From Catajapyx aquilonaris (taxonomy: Eukaryota), in assembly GCA_000934665.2 (NCBI GenBank), contig JYFJ02002806.1:1-50570 (forward strand): a stretch of 50,570 nucleotides of DNA, written 5' to 3'. The position numbers and the translations under genes were made by a program. This document shows positions 11,101 through 26,100 of the stretch, one piece after another. The notes under the pieces are model-generated. The model ran no database searches. It saw only the letters and a list, made by a program, of their open reading frames with translations, and was not told where the DNA came from. Positions within the stretch are counted from its first letter, which is position 1; every line of letters begins with the position of its first letter.

Positions 11101-14100
11101 ACTCGGGATCATTTGTTTCGGTCACGTGAAATCCGGCAGATCTTTTGATCACGCAGACAGTTAAGTGGACAACGGTCACTCGGGATTTGACATGACGCAG
11201 GTTGTGACGCGGCTAGAAAGAAAAACCGACGCATCTCGCTAATTAATGGTCCTAACGTGAAAATAACGCAATTCTTCCGGGGAAGGTCTCTATGATGGTA
11301 TACTCTTGGAAAAAGTAATCCTCACCTATAATCCTTTAGAAAAAAACTGCTTTTCAGAACGTCCCGAAATATCACACATTCATTTGCAAAATTAAAGGAA
11401 GGGAAACCTTTGTGAGTTGCTAAATATTTCGGGGAAGCACTAATGAGGAATAGTATTCAAAGCCTCTTCTTTTGGCCTTTAATTGCGTTTATGCTAGTGC
11501 TTGCTCTACTGGAAATAATATATTGTAATCACCGAACTGAAAGAAAGTGGCCGGATTACGCTGGAGGATTTCCAGGTGTCGGAATGTTCAGGGATGCTTA
11601 ACTCGGAAAAACACCTGTCAGCTGGTAAAAAATGGTGACAATTGTGGCAGGATTTACTAAGGCCGGGTGTTTATGGGCGTGGGATTTGCGGGGATTTTTC
11701 TGTGGAGATCTGAATACGCGTTTGGCGCGCCAGTGAACGTGCAACACTCATGGGAAAGTGCAAAAAAAAGGAGGGAGATAAAGGCGTGTAATGTATTTTA
11801 TTGATGTTGTTTCTAAAGTGGAAATGTCAACAAGGATCGGGTCAAATAACACTCACAAAATGTAAATCTTAAGTATTAAAATTTTGTGTGTCGCCTGATA
11901 TGTTTGCTCAATTAATCCTGCAAGATATTTAAAGTAAACAAGCAAAGATTAAATATCATGCTGCTTGCTGGGATGTTTCTTAAGTTTTGCATCTGAAACT
12001 TGCCTTTTACAAACTTTGGCGGGTAGAGAAGGAGAAGGGTGGAAAAGTTTCCGGAGGGGAATTTGGCAAGCTCCAGGTTGTCAGAATGTCGCTCTGGTTA
12101 ACCCAGCAAACTTTCCGTCTCTTTATACTGTATAAAAATTTATTACATTTTGTGTGGAATGTCAGAAAACCCAGGAAGTGTCTTCAGAGACTCATTTTGA
12201 CTCTCTCGAGATCAAGAAAACTCGACTTCTCTTAAAATTTTTAATCATGTTGGGGACAAGCGACGGTTTCTCATATACACCTTGACATAAGAATGAAGAT
12301 TTGGAACGCAGCGAACCAATTCGTTATTCTTGTGTCTTGCAGTTGCCAGTCAACCCGACCGCAAGGTGACGAAAGATGACGCAGAGCTCACTTATAGTGA
12401 CACCAAGAATGGACAGTTATCCAGTAGGTAGCTTTTGCTTTACACTGCTGCTGGCCACATCTGCTTACATGCTACACAATTTTTTGGGGGCTTGGCTTGC
12501 TTTTTTTTGTCGCTTCTGCTCTACATGCGACGAGGATCCAGTGTTGACGTCAGTATTGCGAAATGCGAGCAATATTCTGCTGAGTTTGACCAATCGGTCC
12601 TTGGTAAGTTCAAGTGCGTTGCGGCATGAAAGTGGCGCAGAGACCTTCACGGTTTACTCTGAGCCATTTGTAGATGCCCAAAATATACATGGGATCAAAA
12701 GGAGGTCCTTATTCCTCATTTGCTCACATGAAAGTCAACTGAATCTAGTCGAAAATAGAACGGATATCTATGACCCGGATGTTTCTGGACATTGATATGT
12801 GATTTTTATTGCTGATTTCCTGTTGTTGTAGCCTGCTGCATTGCGCATTTGGCAAACAATAGATGTTTGCACTTGCAGTAAGGTCAGGATTGTGGCTTTT
12901 GCCCAAATATTTACTCATGGTCATGTCATTTGCTGCACCATCAGATGTAAAATTGTGTATGGGTTTAAAAATTATTATAGTGTCTGATAGTACAAACTTT
13001 GATGCTAATATCTCTAAGCATCGTTTAACTTTACATAACTCTCACCTTAGCATCATGAAAGCCCACGTCACATGCTGCGGACTTTTCCCTCCCGCGTCCC
13101 TAATTCGGTGTGGAAACGCAATAAGTCTGTGCCCCAATTACAAGTTCGCGTTACACAATTATCGAACATAATGAATCCAAACTTTACACCGACACACTCT
13201 CCCAACCTATTAGTTGTAATTACAGCAACGGTAGCAAACTCATACCGCTTATTAAGATCTAGGGACCCGCGCTGTTTCATCGGGTCCTATCGATTCCGTT
13301 CCATTTTCGAAGTGATTTTCTGGGAATCAAACGGGATAGCGCCTTTCGTAATACCTCAAGCCACGTTTAATCATCGGAGAGAAGCCTCAAAAGCAGAAGA
13401 GGAAGGAAGGAGATGCTAGTTTGATGACATGATCAATAAGTAGGGTAGATGGCGGCCAACAATATTTTACTCTGTTGACACACGTTTCCAAATGCCACCG
13501 TGGGTTTCTAGTGACAGTTTGCCTTGCACAAGAACGAAGAGGGGGCTTGGAACTTGGAAGGAATCGGAAATCTATATAAGACGAGAGGACAAAATTTGCT
13601 CCGGCGAATACATGGCCCGATATGACATCGGATTTTTTTTTTGTCGAATGTATGCTGTGACCTGTTATGATGATGGATATTTATCTTGTGGGGATTTGAA
13701 TCTGAGCTGGACTTGAGGGTTGGGGTTCTTTTGTGGGACTTACACCCCGGGGCTTGCTAACAAGCCCTTCTGATTATTAGGAAACGTCAGAGGGGCTGGG
13801 AACCATGATAAATATTTTTTGTGGGATATCAGGATGTTTGAAGCTGCATGGGATCAAGTCAATAGCAGTTTCATCTTTGCAACCAGCTCTGATGCAAAAT
13901 CACCCATTATGACCATCTTCACAAGATAATTTGCTACAATACATTAAAACCAAAGGCGTCTGCTCATCTGAGCAACAGTATAGCCCCCAACACTCTTGAG
14001 CCCAGCAATAAAACCCCTAAAGTGCCGTATCTGAGGTTGCGGTTTTCCACGCGGTAAAAACCACCCTTTCACCGTTGATATTAAATTTGTCGACGCCGGC

Positions 14101-17100
14101 AAAGCTTCCCTGAATACACCCTAATTCGAGGTAAGCTTTTAGGCGTCGACCAAAAGAATAGGAGAAAAAAAAGAGAGGACGGGACCTGTGGTGGTGTCCC
14201 TTTTATATACACCGCCCACCTGTTCCCTCTCTATTCATCCGGGTTGACAATAGAGAGACAAATTGGCTTTCGATTAGGTTCCGGGAAGACCTTGTACCTG
14301 CGAACATAATTATCTCTGCTGTATGGAACACCAATTTTCTGGGTATGAAACGAGACCACTTTTCTCTTTTTCCACAGAGCAAGGGTCTCTGACCATATTC
14401 CGACGCAGCAGCAGTACCAAACGTACCGACACCGTGGACAAAAGCCCGGTCGATGACGAAACACTGGACAATGTTGACCTCAGCCCAGCCAGCTTTCCAC
14501 CAGTGGACACACCCGATGTCTGCGACAAAACCGCACTCAGGTAATTAGAAAGGCTGATATTAATATTCTTTTGCATAATTGGTGCAGGCTACACCCCAGA
14601 CCCAAAAAGGCGGATGATTTCACTTGGCAAGCGTCAATTTCATTACCGAGTTTGCAAAACTCGAATCCGTAGAGTATGGAAATGCTGTAATTGAAGAGAT
14701 GTGATTTTGATTAGACGTAACTTTAAGCACGGTTTCTTGCTTATTATGGTTAACCAAATTCATAATTTAGTTGATTATATCGTCGGTATACGTGAGAAAT
14801 CCACTGTCCAATTTTGTCAGTTTTGAGTATTCACACTCCAAGCATCGCCTGGTGCAATCCGCTTAGTCCTAAATATTCATAATGAGCCAGCAAGTCAGAA
14901 TGTTGTCTTTGTAAACATGTAAGCAACTTATTTGTTTGGTTTTATCCCACAATATAATGGAATTTGTGGTTTTAATTAATTTTTGTCTGAAGGTTGCGGT
15001 GTCTGCTCCGGCAGCTTCAGAAAGGCCAAGTGTCCGCCGACCTTCTCCAGGAGAACCTCCAGTTCGCTGCAAAAGTGTTGGAAACCGTCTACCTGGACGA
15101 AACCAGGTAAGTTGACATCCACAGGACTTGGGGATATAAATGCCTCATTCATGTAAATATTGATTATTACAGCCTTCTCTTTCCCCATTTTTCTGCTGCA
15201 CATTTTTGGTATGATTGTCTGGATATATGACGAGTGGACGATGCGTGTGTGCGTGTTTACCTGGTCGCACCTAATCCCAATGTGCCTCTATTAAACTTAT
15301 GACCTTGGCTCGATGATGTGAAATGGCTGGGAAAGGGCGATAATTTTGGCAGTCTGATGATCAATTCGCATGGGAAATCCAACCTACTCTTTGTTCTGAA
15401 ATACAATTGAAAGGCTAGCAATCGATTATTGTAGGTATATACTGCAACTAGCCGATAAAGGACACCAATAATTACTGTCAGTATCTAGTGGACATTGCAG
15501 TTTAAAATGGTAGATTTATTGTGCAGTATATATTTTTTGGGAATAGTTTTCACTCGATATTTGACATATCCTGGGATTTACGCATTTTTAACAAACAATC
15601 CTTCCATGTTCCCGGATCTGCTTTGGTTTCGTTGTTTGCTCTGTTGAATTGGCCCGTGCCGTTTGGAAAGCTTAGAGAAGCTTGCTCGAAGCACAGCTTT
15701 AGGGGATTTCTGCTTATAGAGAGGACACAGGGTGTAAGCCCTGTTTGAAGTGCATCTCTTAAACGCACGCTGCGATAAATCCTACGTTTGAAAAGCAACC
15801 TAGGAGTGCAGGTTTGGCGTTTGGATTAATACGCCGTCGTGTGGACACAACAGATGTTTTTGCCGGATGATTTTCCTTGTGAAACTGCCGTCAAAGTGGG
15901 GAACTTGTTTCGAGGAAGCACATACGGCTTGTCGCCATGGAGACACTGCTGAAAGGACACTTCAACAAAACTGGAGGAGGGAGGAAAGGGCAGGGGTTTG
16001 GAGGCCGAACATCAGATTCACATTAGGTGAAGAATGTAATCTGGAGAGTACGGGTCCAATTTGTGCAGTTCGTATTGTCACAACAGGGAGGCTAACTTAA
16101 TAATATTGGGTCGAGCCAATCACGGACCTCATACTATAGTTGGCTGGACCAGTAGGAAAAGAGCTAATATAACTCATCCTGTTAATTATGCAACCCATGC
16201 ACTTCTCTTGTTCGCCTGATCGCATATAGAGTAGGGGCACAACTTTCGGTTACAAAGCTATGATATTTTCTCTGCTTCGTTGAGATTCACCCTGTAGCTT
16301 CCTATAACTTAGTGTAGAATGGCAGGCGGTTCACTTTTTACGTGCCAGTCTGAGCCACAGATTTATTCCAGGGTCACCACATTTCCAAAGTTGGTGAAAA
16401 AAAGGAGTGAAATTTTAAGCAGTTTAAAAGTTTCACATTCCTGATGACTGAATTATGCAGTGTGGACATTTACCTGTCGTTTCGTACCTGAGAAGTAGCA
16501 GAATTATACATGTAGGCGAACATGTACCTGGGTCTGACGGGAGTCGGATCTGATAATGTACGGAACTTATCGTGCACACGTTATCTCTGCATGTTCGTTT
16601 TACAGACCTAAATTAGGTTACTTGTGACGCTTTCTTGGCGGTTACTGATAACTGATTGGGCGGAACTTGCAAAGCGGAGATTTTTTTTAAAAAAAAAGTG
16701 GGAGAAGCCAACGACTATTGACGATAGAAGGAAAAGGAAATTGGCAATTTTGCGGAAACGGGGAAGGCGAGCAGGCATTGCCTGATACCAAAAACACCAC
16801 CAATCGGAGAAAGAGTTTTCTATTGCATTCAGACTTCCTGCGCATGGCTCATTGCATCACACTTTGCAGAATAACACATTTACAGACAGCGCACGCTATA
16901 CATAAATGTGGAAAATAAATTACGTTTCCAAATGAGTTGTAGGTAAATCTAGTAACTGAACTGCATTTGATAAATTATCATCAGTATTAATTTATCACAT
17001 TGTCATGTAATGACGTAAATTAACTGACACGTCATGAAATGAAATATAATACTTTACAATATAACCCATGATATTAATATAAACATATGATACTAGCCTA

Positions 17101-20100
17101 TCATTAGAATATCATATTGTATGAAATCAAATCCGTTGAAAATTTTGCACAACTCCAAATAAATGACGCAAGTTCTGATCTAACTGCATATCCAAGACCT
17201 TGGCCAATTCTTACCAACCATGTTTTCCGATCCTTCACTGCACATTCAAAATATTGTCCTTATCTCGTCAATGACTCCCCCACGTCGAAACCAAATACTC
17301 GTCAGGAAATTCCCTTGTCACTCGCATAAAGATGAAGTGATGGGCTTCCCGACACTTGACGGCATCCAATCAAGGGCCACATCCGTAATTAGCGGAAGTG
17401 TGTGTAGGTGCGAAGAATTTCCGCAGGATCATCAAGCCTATTGCTGCTGTACTGAGGATCGATACTTCCACGTGGCTCCTAGTTAAGCTTATAGCTGGCC
17501 ATCTTTTCCCTTTTGTTATGATGTCCGGACCCGTGATATACTGGAATGGACCCTGCTGTGGATGCTGCTAGGTGGCGAGCAAAATGTCAAGGCGATATTG
17601 GTGAATTGAGTTATGTTGGCTTGGCCTAGGCTCTTGGGGGATTTTGGTGGGAGGTTTGGGTTTGTTGGGGGAGGGCTTGGTGGGCGGCCTTGGCTCTTGG
17701 TAGCCAACAAGGCGAGATGATTCAATTCCTTGCCATTTGGCCCCCGGGACCGACCCTGCTTTTCCAGGGCTCTGATTGTGTCTTGCTAGAAACGGAAATC
17801 CTAATTGCCGCTATGCCGGAGTGTGGTCATGCTTGTTGTGCATATAATTCGGGGTGGTAAGCGACCACCACGGAAAATCCGGTCACTGGAGAGGGAATAT
17901 ACAGAAAAGTAATTAAGTTGACTTGACTGGATAAATAGGGGGGATTTACGCACTCTAGCAAGGTAAGGGTTAGGATTATTGCGCTACATTTTTGGTTGTA
18001 TAGGTTTTGATAAATGTTAATTGAATTTCATCAAAATTTGTTTTCAGTTTTAAGAGCCATAAATACCATTTTTCAATATTTGTGCAAGAATAATGGCATA
18101 ATTGTTAGAAAAATTAATTATGCAGCTAAATAGCTGAAAATTGTGAGGCCTTTCATTTGAAATTTACGTGACGGCTTCATTGCCCATGTGAGATCGGACA
18201 ATGTGAATAATAAATCCACAAACGAGGCGATTCAACAATATAGGCTTATGAACTTATCCCTCAGATGCAGTGGTCTTATTTTAAACCATTTTAAATATGA
18301 TCCTATTCACGGCGGTCCACCCATAGAAATGTTTAATCAGTTTTTGGGCTTATGATATTGGATTATTCTTACTCGTTCATGTTCAAAACGATAGAGCTGC
18401 CGGAAGTGATCTGCAATATTTTTTCTGAGTTTGCTATCTCGAGGTGGTCAGAGGGAGAACTTCTCACTTCCAACTAGGGTTTATTTTTTGTGGTTTATCT
18501 TCATCCGTCGCTAAGAGGATAAACGTGCCAGTGACAGATACTGAAAGGAGAAGGAGCTGCTCTGGATAGGTCGCAAAATGTTCTTCCTATGAAACCATGT
18601 TTTGGGATTGCGAGGTTATTCAAGGATACCAGAAGGATATACGGCCGGTATGCGATATCATATGTTGGTAATTATACGACAATTAGTACCATTTTAATGA
18701 ACCACTCATAATTTTTCCATTTTTACACATTTTTAGCAGCAGCCTGTTTCAAAGCAAACTTTGGAGATTTACAGTGTGATTGGCATGATTCATTAAAGAT
18801 CGGATGTGCCACACACCGTAATGCCGACAATGCATGATAAATCTGATGGTGAAAAATCAGCCAAATAATCCGTTCTCTCAAGTGCATGGCACGGTTTCTT
18901 GCACATTGAAATTTGGAGCCAACCTGAACACACAGAGCAATGAGGCATTTATGTACTTTCTGCTTACTGATTTGTGTTTCAGGTGCCGAAAATTCAGAGG
19001 TATATCATGTGAATCACCTGGCACGTATTTTGAAATAATAGCGCATGATGTAGTCTAGACATGATGTCCAAACAGAAAAGCAGCAAGGTTTGAGTTGGCG
19101 CGTGGACAAAGCTGATGGATTACTCACGCCACTCACGTGATCCACCGTAATGGTGTGCTTTGTCCTTGCATCAAAGCCACTGAGGATGGATGGGAAGAAG
19201 GTAAAATTGCCTGAAATCCCATAAGACGGAGCATCATTACGATTGCTTTGTCACTTTTTTCTTTCATAGCAAATATTGCTGTCTCTGTGTACTGCCCTTC
19301 ACAGACTTTCAAAGTACAAAACCTGCCTTTATCTATCAGACGTGAGTAGTCAATCAGCTTGATTTTCGTCCCAATTTCAATGATGTTGCGTTTCTCTGCG
19401 AATATCATAAATGCATGCCCGTTTTTCCACTTGTTTATATGTATTTAGTGCAAGTTAACCCTCTTTTTTTACTAAACTGCTGTGTTTCTCTCTTTTCTCT
19501 CTTCCTCTCTCTTTCATCCCACGCTTTCATTAGACAGGATGGAAATGAAGCCTTTGAAACCGAGTCTGAGCTGGATGGAGAAAACAGAAGGTTTTTTGCT
19601 CCTTCTCATCTTTTTTTTCTCTGTGCTCCTATATTGCTTCCCTGATTGAAATATCGGCAAAGATCACTTCCTGCACTTTGCTGTATGAAAAAGTACGCTC
19701 AAATGTACAGCCCTCCATTGAATTACCTCTTAAAAGCGCTAGTGTTACTACTGCAACTTTTTTTTTGCCCTCTTCAGATGTGGCCGTTGAATTGTCAGCA
19801 CAGAGCACTTTGTGATTTCACTCTGTCCTAACAGGATTTCTAACGATTTTCTAGTATTTCAGGGATTTTGTTGTAGACTACAGATATGTTAAATTAGGAG
19901 CTTACTATCACAATTAAAAATCGCAATGGGACTATTGTAGCTAATCCTATAAGTACAATTTAATTAGGCTATCAACCGAATTTTATGCACAACATACAGG
20001 CAGGATGAAAGAGTCGTTTCCTAACATTAATGCAACTGATTTAATTAGAGCGATAAACTCCCTGTTAATCGGATTCTGGCCTGAATCGTGCTACTGTGTG

Positions 20101-23100
20101 GATTATGCCAACTCTCATTGCTGCCGTGTATACAAATGTGGTGTACTGCTAACAAACACAAGGGGGTCGCACAAATAACTACACAACTGTGCGTGATAAC
20201 CATGCTCATAACTGTAAGTGCAGTGAAGCGTGCTTGAACATGATGGTTCGTCTATTGTATTCATTAGCTTTGCTCGGCAACTGTAAATTAAAAGGCCACA
20301 TCGTGCCCAACCTGTAAAACAATACCTGCTAGTCCTATAACTTTTCCAGCAATGCTCGCAAATGGAGTAATTAATACAAGCAGTAAGCACTTATTCGGGA
20401 TTATCACACTCGCACAACAATGTAGATAGTGTGGGTGCAGTCCTTTATCCTGTTCGCATCGGACTCGACAGGATAAATCCACTCATTGTTTCATAATCGC
20501 ATGAGCCTTCATTGTGATAGCTTCGTTAGCCGTGTAGCTTGTTTGCCGACATACCTGATTAGCGGAAATAGCGACAAAACTGAGGGGGTCGAGGGGTGGG
20601 GGGTGAGGGGGAGGTATACACGAATCTAGATTGATCGCCTATATTACATAAAAGTGCTACCCAATACCAATCTCATTTGCTATTGACCACAGAAAAGTTC
20701 CCAATAGGGCACTTCCCATGGCGCTCTTGAAAATGTCAGACTGCTGCTGTCCTGGTAACTCAGTTATGTGTGTGTCCTTGTCTGAGCTTGTGACCTCCAT
20801 CCCCAACCCAAAGTCACCTTTCCAGACTACGATGTGTTCAAGCAGCGCATAAGGACAGGTTGTATCAACCCAAATTAAAGAAAAAAAAGTTTATCTAATT
20901 AGATTTCATACAACCTGGCCCTAAGCATCTGGGGCATTGAATCCGGAAGGTGCTTGTCCGTTCCTGCCCAAACTTGTCCTTTCCTGCCCAACCTATGAAC
21001 AAGTGGGGGTGCAATTATCGAGTGTCTGGGTGAGTGCTTGGTGTGCTCCAATCTCCTGTATTCTGTACAGTTTTTGTCCTGCCTGATGTCCTTTGAACAG
21101 GGAGAGGGATAAGGAAGAGCGTCCCACCCCAGTGTCGGCCAAACGCCCCCCTCTTTTAACACAGAGGAGGTTGAGGACACCCGTCTGGGCCAGGTTAGGT
21201 GACCAGCGTCCCTGTAATTGCGTACTTTCCGGAAAGAGTGCGTATATGTTTTAGATGTGCGTGAGAAGAGAGACAAGCTGTGCCCCACCCACACGTTCAC
21301 CTAACCTGACCCATACTTGGAGTTAGTTGCGTATAGCTATCCGGTTATAACTATTTATTTTTTTGCAAAATAGAAATGTGGAATGCAGCAACTTAAAATT
21401 GCTCTTTTATTTATTTATTCCTTCACTATTAGGTAGGTAACATTCAGTGCCTTTTCTAATGAAACTTTGTTACTAATTGGTATGTTGCAGGCTGTGACAC
21501 TTTGTCCCGCAAAATACCTGTCCCCGCCAGACGAATACCAAAGATATTGGCGTTCTCGTTTACTTGTAATTAATTAGCATCCCCCCAATTATTGAAAGGA
21601 AGGCGGTGCCTATTAATTACTGAGCACTTTTAAGGCTGCTAAACCCTCGGTATGTAAACGCCCACACGTGTCTCTTCGTTATAAACGGATCGCTGTACTT
21701 TTTTTTTTGAAATGTGCGTATAAAGTGCATCTATTTCCAGCCGTCTAATGTACTCAGCAAAGCTTTAAATTGAAAGTGCTGTAAGAGGCGCAACAGCAGA
21801 CGAAAAACAAACAAGTCCACACCTTGTACAAGGCACGCTGAAACAAGCTTACGTCAACCATAATCACATCGGAAGAAAGTTCAAACTTGTGTAATTGTGT
21901 TTCCTTCAGTGGATTAGATTTTAGCCCGTGGCATCCGATCAACGACGAGGCGAATTGATTGAAAGGTAAAACTATAGCCCCAAGTTGAGACCAAACATCA
22001 GGTATTTATTGGAATCACTCGAAAATATTTCAGAGCACAATTTTATACCCTGGAGTAAGTTGTATACGGATCTTTCCGGAAACTTTCTAAACAGGGCTCA
22101 TTACAAAGCCGGGGGTAAGTTAATTAGGGGGGATGAAAACGGGTTTTCTCAAAACGAACTTTTCATAAATTCGATTATACATGGACTAACTAGCGTTTTT
22201 GAAGAAAAAAAAATTGTAGCTCCAAATTTTTTAGTCCTGAAAAAAATAAGGTCAGGGGCCAATGAGGCAGCAGTTGCAATTCCTGGCCCCTGTGTCAATC
22301 GAGACGGGAGGGATTTTGTATTGGATTTTCATTAGAACTACCGTAGGTGATTGAAAGCCAGTCCCTGTCTCTCTCTCTCTCTACCCTGTCGCCATAGAAA
22401 CCTGTTTATTGAGCCGGGAAGAGCTTCCTTCGGAGCACTAATTAAAAGGGTGGCCCGTTTTTGTTGATCATATTTTTTGCCACCTCATTTACTGGGGGAG
22501 GCTTCACATGTTTGAGGTGCTGGGGGTATGGGTGTCCCCACACACTTTTGTGCGGAGTGAGCCAGAAACTATGTGTGCTTTGCTCCTGGACCAGAAGCTG
22601 GCAATAAAAATTGTTGGATTTATTTGCCAGAATTATGACATTTTTTTTTGCAAGCGACGCAGTAATGCTTGTTGTTTTGAGAAATGGCAAATTCGTGGAA
22701 TTATTTGCATACATTTGTGTACAATGCAGAGAAAAATTATATACTGTCCATGCAAGTACTGTAATTTGAAGGCTATGCTTGGCACGTGCCTCTGTAAGGA
22801 GATTTGGAAGGGAAAAAATTGGCGAATATAGATTCGGACATCATCATCTAAATTAGGCTGTGCAGTACGCCAAGAAAAGTTTGCGAAGAGTTGTATAGAC
22901 CGCATCGGTGCAAGTGCCCAATTACTTTCGGAACATTCGGATTGCAGCAATTTATCTTCTCGATACACGTTTTTTGGGAAGATGAAACGCGCTGCAAGGA
23001 CAACAGATCCGGAAGTAAAGATTCCATGTGAGGGCTTACAGGGTTGAGTTTAAAGGAGGTTGTTATCGTTTTCGACGCAGACTGTTTGGATGGCAAATTG

Positions 23101-26100
23101 CTTCGGAATTCGATTTCTGAACCAAATAGGAGCAATAATAGGCTAGTTTTATTCACGATCTTGTATTTTGGTGGTGCACATATTTTGAACCTACCATTTT
23201 GTTCGCGATTATAGCCAAAAGGCAAGAAAAGTTGAAATTTCGCTCGATGGTTGAACTTATTTAATTAGCAAAGTATAACCTCCGTATATAGAATAGACGC
23301 ACCATAAGTTCCAAGTAGAGCATCCGTACTTTTGTCCTCCTTTCTGGAACAGCTACTACACAGCGAGTCCCAAGTTTTGGCATATTTAACTACCTGGAGG
23401 ATTTCACATTTGCAAAACTTGCACTGTTGCACCAACCTAAACCTGTCCCTGAGCTCCACTTCCTAAGGTGTCGCCCCGGAATATTTTTTGTCCTTAGTGT
23501 GCTTAGCAGTGTTCTTCACTGCTCAAAATGTACAGGCCTTGAAACTTTTGCCATCTCCTGCAGCAGAGTGACATCAAGGAGTTCCAACAACCCTGTTCCT
23601 AATGTGATTACACGTGTACTTTGTAAGGCCCTTTTTAATACTTTGCATTTCGCTACTACAATTGGACAGCAGGTAAGTAGCCCTGTGTTGTAACCAAATG
23701 AGACAAAATGAATCAGCGACCAATTTCAAATCACATGCATCCCCGAATGAATTACAGTGCAGTGTACTGTATAGCATGACCAGTGACATTGGCACTTAAA
23801 ACAATTTGCATGTAATTGTATGTAGGATGGTGAGTACCACATTGACCAGATAGCGTAGTACGTGTTTTTCTGTATTTCAGTGACCAGCGACGATATGTTA
23901 CATGTATATCCTGTGCTAACCTGGTCCTCCGAATCCGATCCTTGGGCTTGTCTCTCTTATGCGTGATGCGTGACAGAAGGCGTCACACTGTCCCTTATTC
24001 TGAAAGCTCCGTAATTAACGCAGCGTCGTTTGCAGACGGTTGGCGGACGAGAACGACGAGCTGTCGGAAGTGAACCCGGACGCCGTACCTCAGGAAGTCA
24101 GAGAATGGTTGGCGTCCACTTTTACCAAGCAGACGACGTCGCCTTGGAGGAGAGGAGACGAGAAGCCCCGGTTCCGATCCGTGGCCCATGCCATTCGAGC
24201 TGGAATCTTCGTCGACCGCATGTACCGTCGCCTTTCTTCCTCAAACCTCCTGCAGTTTCCTTCCGAAGTGGTCAAGGTCCTCAAGGTAATGTGACGTACA
24301 GTATACAACGGAAAGGTGACTACTTGTGTAGTAGGTGCATGCATGACAAGGGTTGTCCGTTAATACGTCACGCAACTGTTACGTTGAGCTACAATTGGTG
24401 ATTGAAAATTAGCTTTGTTTCATCCTAGCATGATGCAACCCAACGAACAAGTTGTGCTATAACTTATGTGGGCTGTGGGGATCAGAAAAGACGAAAATCA
24501 GCGTGACGTACGGACTACCCTTAGGAGTGTTGACCTCTACGTGTATTCATAGCGCATGTGGTTTTTAGTGTGTTAGATGGTGTCGAAATTGGTTTGCTTT
24601 TCGAGAGTGGCTGCTGGTCATTCCCGGAACGTTATTCTGGGGGTCCACCCAGATAGAGAGAAAAAAGGAGTGTATTTTGAAAGCAGAGCCGGCGTTGCTG
24701 CAGTAGATGGGAATCCGGATGGAGCGGATGTTTTCCACCTGGCCAATTTCATCTGGAAATTGACTTGTCTCGCCAAGGAAGCGAAAGCAGAGTGAAGGAG
24801 CGCAGCACTTTGTGGACATGAGGCTTCTGAACCGAGGCGTGTCGAGTTCAAAAATCTGACCCATAACTTTTGACGTCTAGCCCACATTTGTTCTACTTGC
24901 ATGATTATGTAATGGTGCACCAGCAAGCCAGCCAACCATCCAAAGGGGGAATTATAAGAATGTGCTTTCCAGACATTAGACGACTGGTGCTTTGATGTCT
25001 TCTCACTCCACGACGCCGCATCCGGTGCTCCAGTCAAGTACTTGGGATACGACCTTCTTAATAGATATGGTATCATCCACAAGTTTAAGGTAAGCACGCG
25101 CTCAAGTGCCTCTTGACTCGATCTTAAAGCAAGGATATAGTCATATGCCAAATTGGGCTACAATAATTCGAAAAAAGTGCCGATATTGTCGCCAAACTGA
25201 TTTTATTATTATTTTGGATGCAACTTGGTTCCAAAACTGGACCTTTACTTTAAGCACAAAATTGGACATGGTGTTGAAACTGGTCGCTTTTCTCCATCCC
25301 TCCGGATCGATTTTACGTAACTACGCACTTCAATGCTGCTCAGTATTCCGTGGGTAAATATTAATCAGAAGCATCGACGCTTGCATCATTAATGGCGACT
25401 CATAATCGCTGTTGGCGAATATGTGTTGCGATGCATGCTCACGCAGGTTGAAATGTTCCCATGAAGAGGCGAGGAAATCCGTCTGCAGCGTTTGTCTTTA
25501 TCGCTGAGGGCATGTAATCTGAAAGTGTTTGTGTAGGACTAGGGTAGCCTCGAGATGTTGGAATGTTTCTCCCAGGGTTCTGACGCAGCTCTTCGTGCAA
25601 ACTACCCGACTCTTGGGCTTAAAGTTTCGATCAAAATTTCCTTTGCCCCTGCTTGCAGAACAGATGGTAAATCAAGGACTGGTTTTTACGTGTAACGTGC
25701 AATGTCTACAGGATTTCCCCTTTAGGATGCCCTCTATATGTGTGTCGTTGCTTTAAAGAGCTATTAGGAAGGGATGGGTGCTCTCAACTGCAATTTTCGT
25801 CGTTTAGATCTCGCCGAGCACGCTGGAGACTTTCCTAAACCACATCGAAGCAGGTTATTGCAAGTACAAGAACCCGTACCACAATAATATTCACGCAGCT
25901 GACGTGGCCCAGGCCGTCCATTACATCCTTTGCCAGACTGGATTTATGGTGAGTTTGCATCCCTAGTAATGTCGACATATTATGCATGTATGGTCTACCC
26001 TTCCACCCAGAACTGGTTATCAGACTTGGAGATATTCGCCACTTTGATCGCCGCCATTATCCACGACTACGAGCACACTGGAACCACCAACAACTTTCAC

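Noticed and set aside
24577..24795. Intronic ORF containing DVFHLAN, like the DVFSLHD of the next PDE1 exon (possible mutually exclusive exon)
   Set aside because: No further similarity and no phase-0 splice sites giving the right length.
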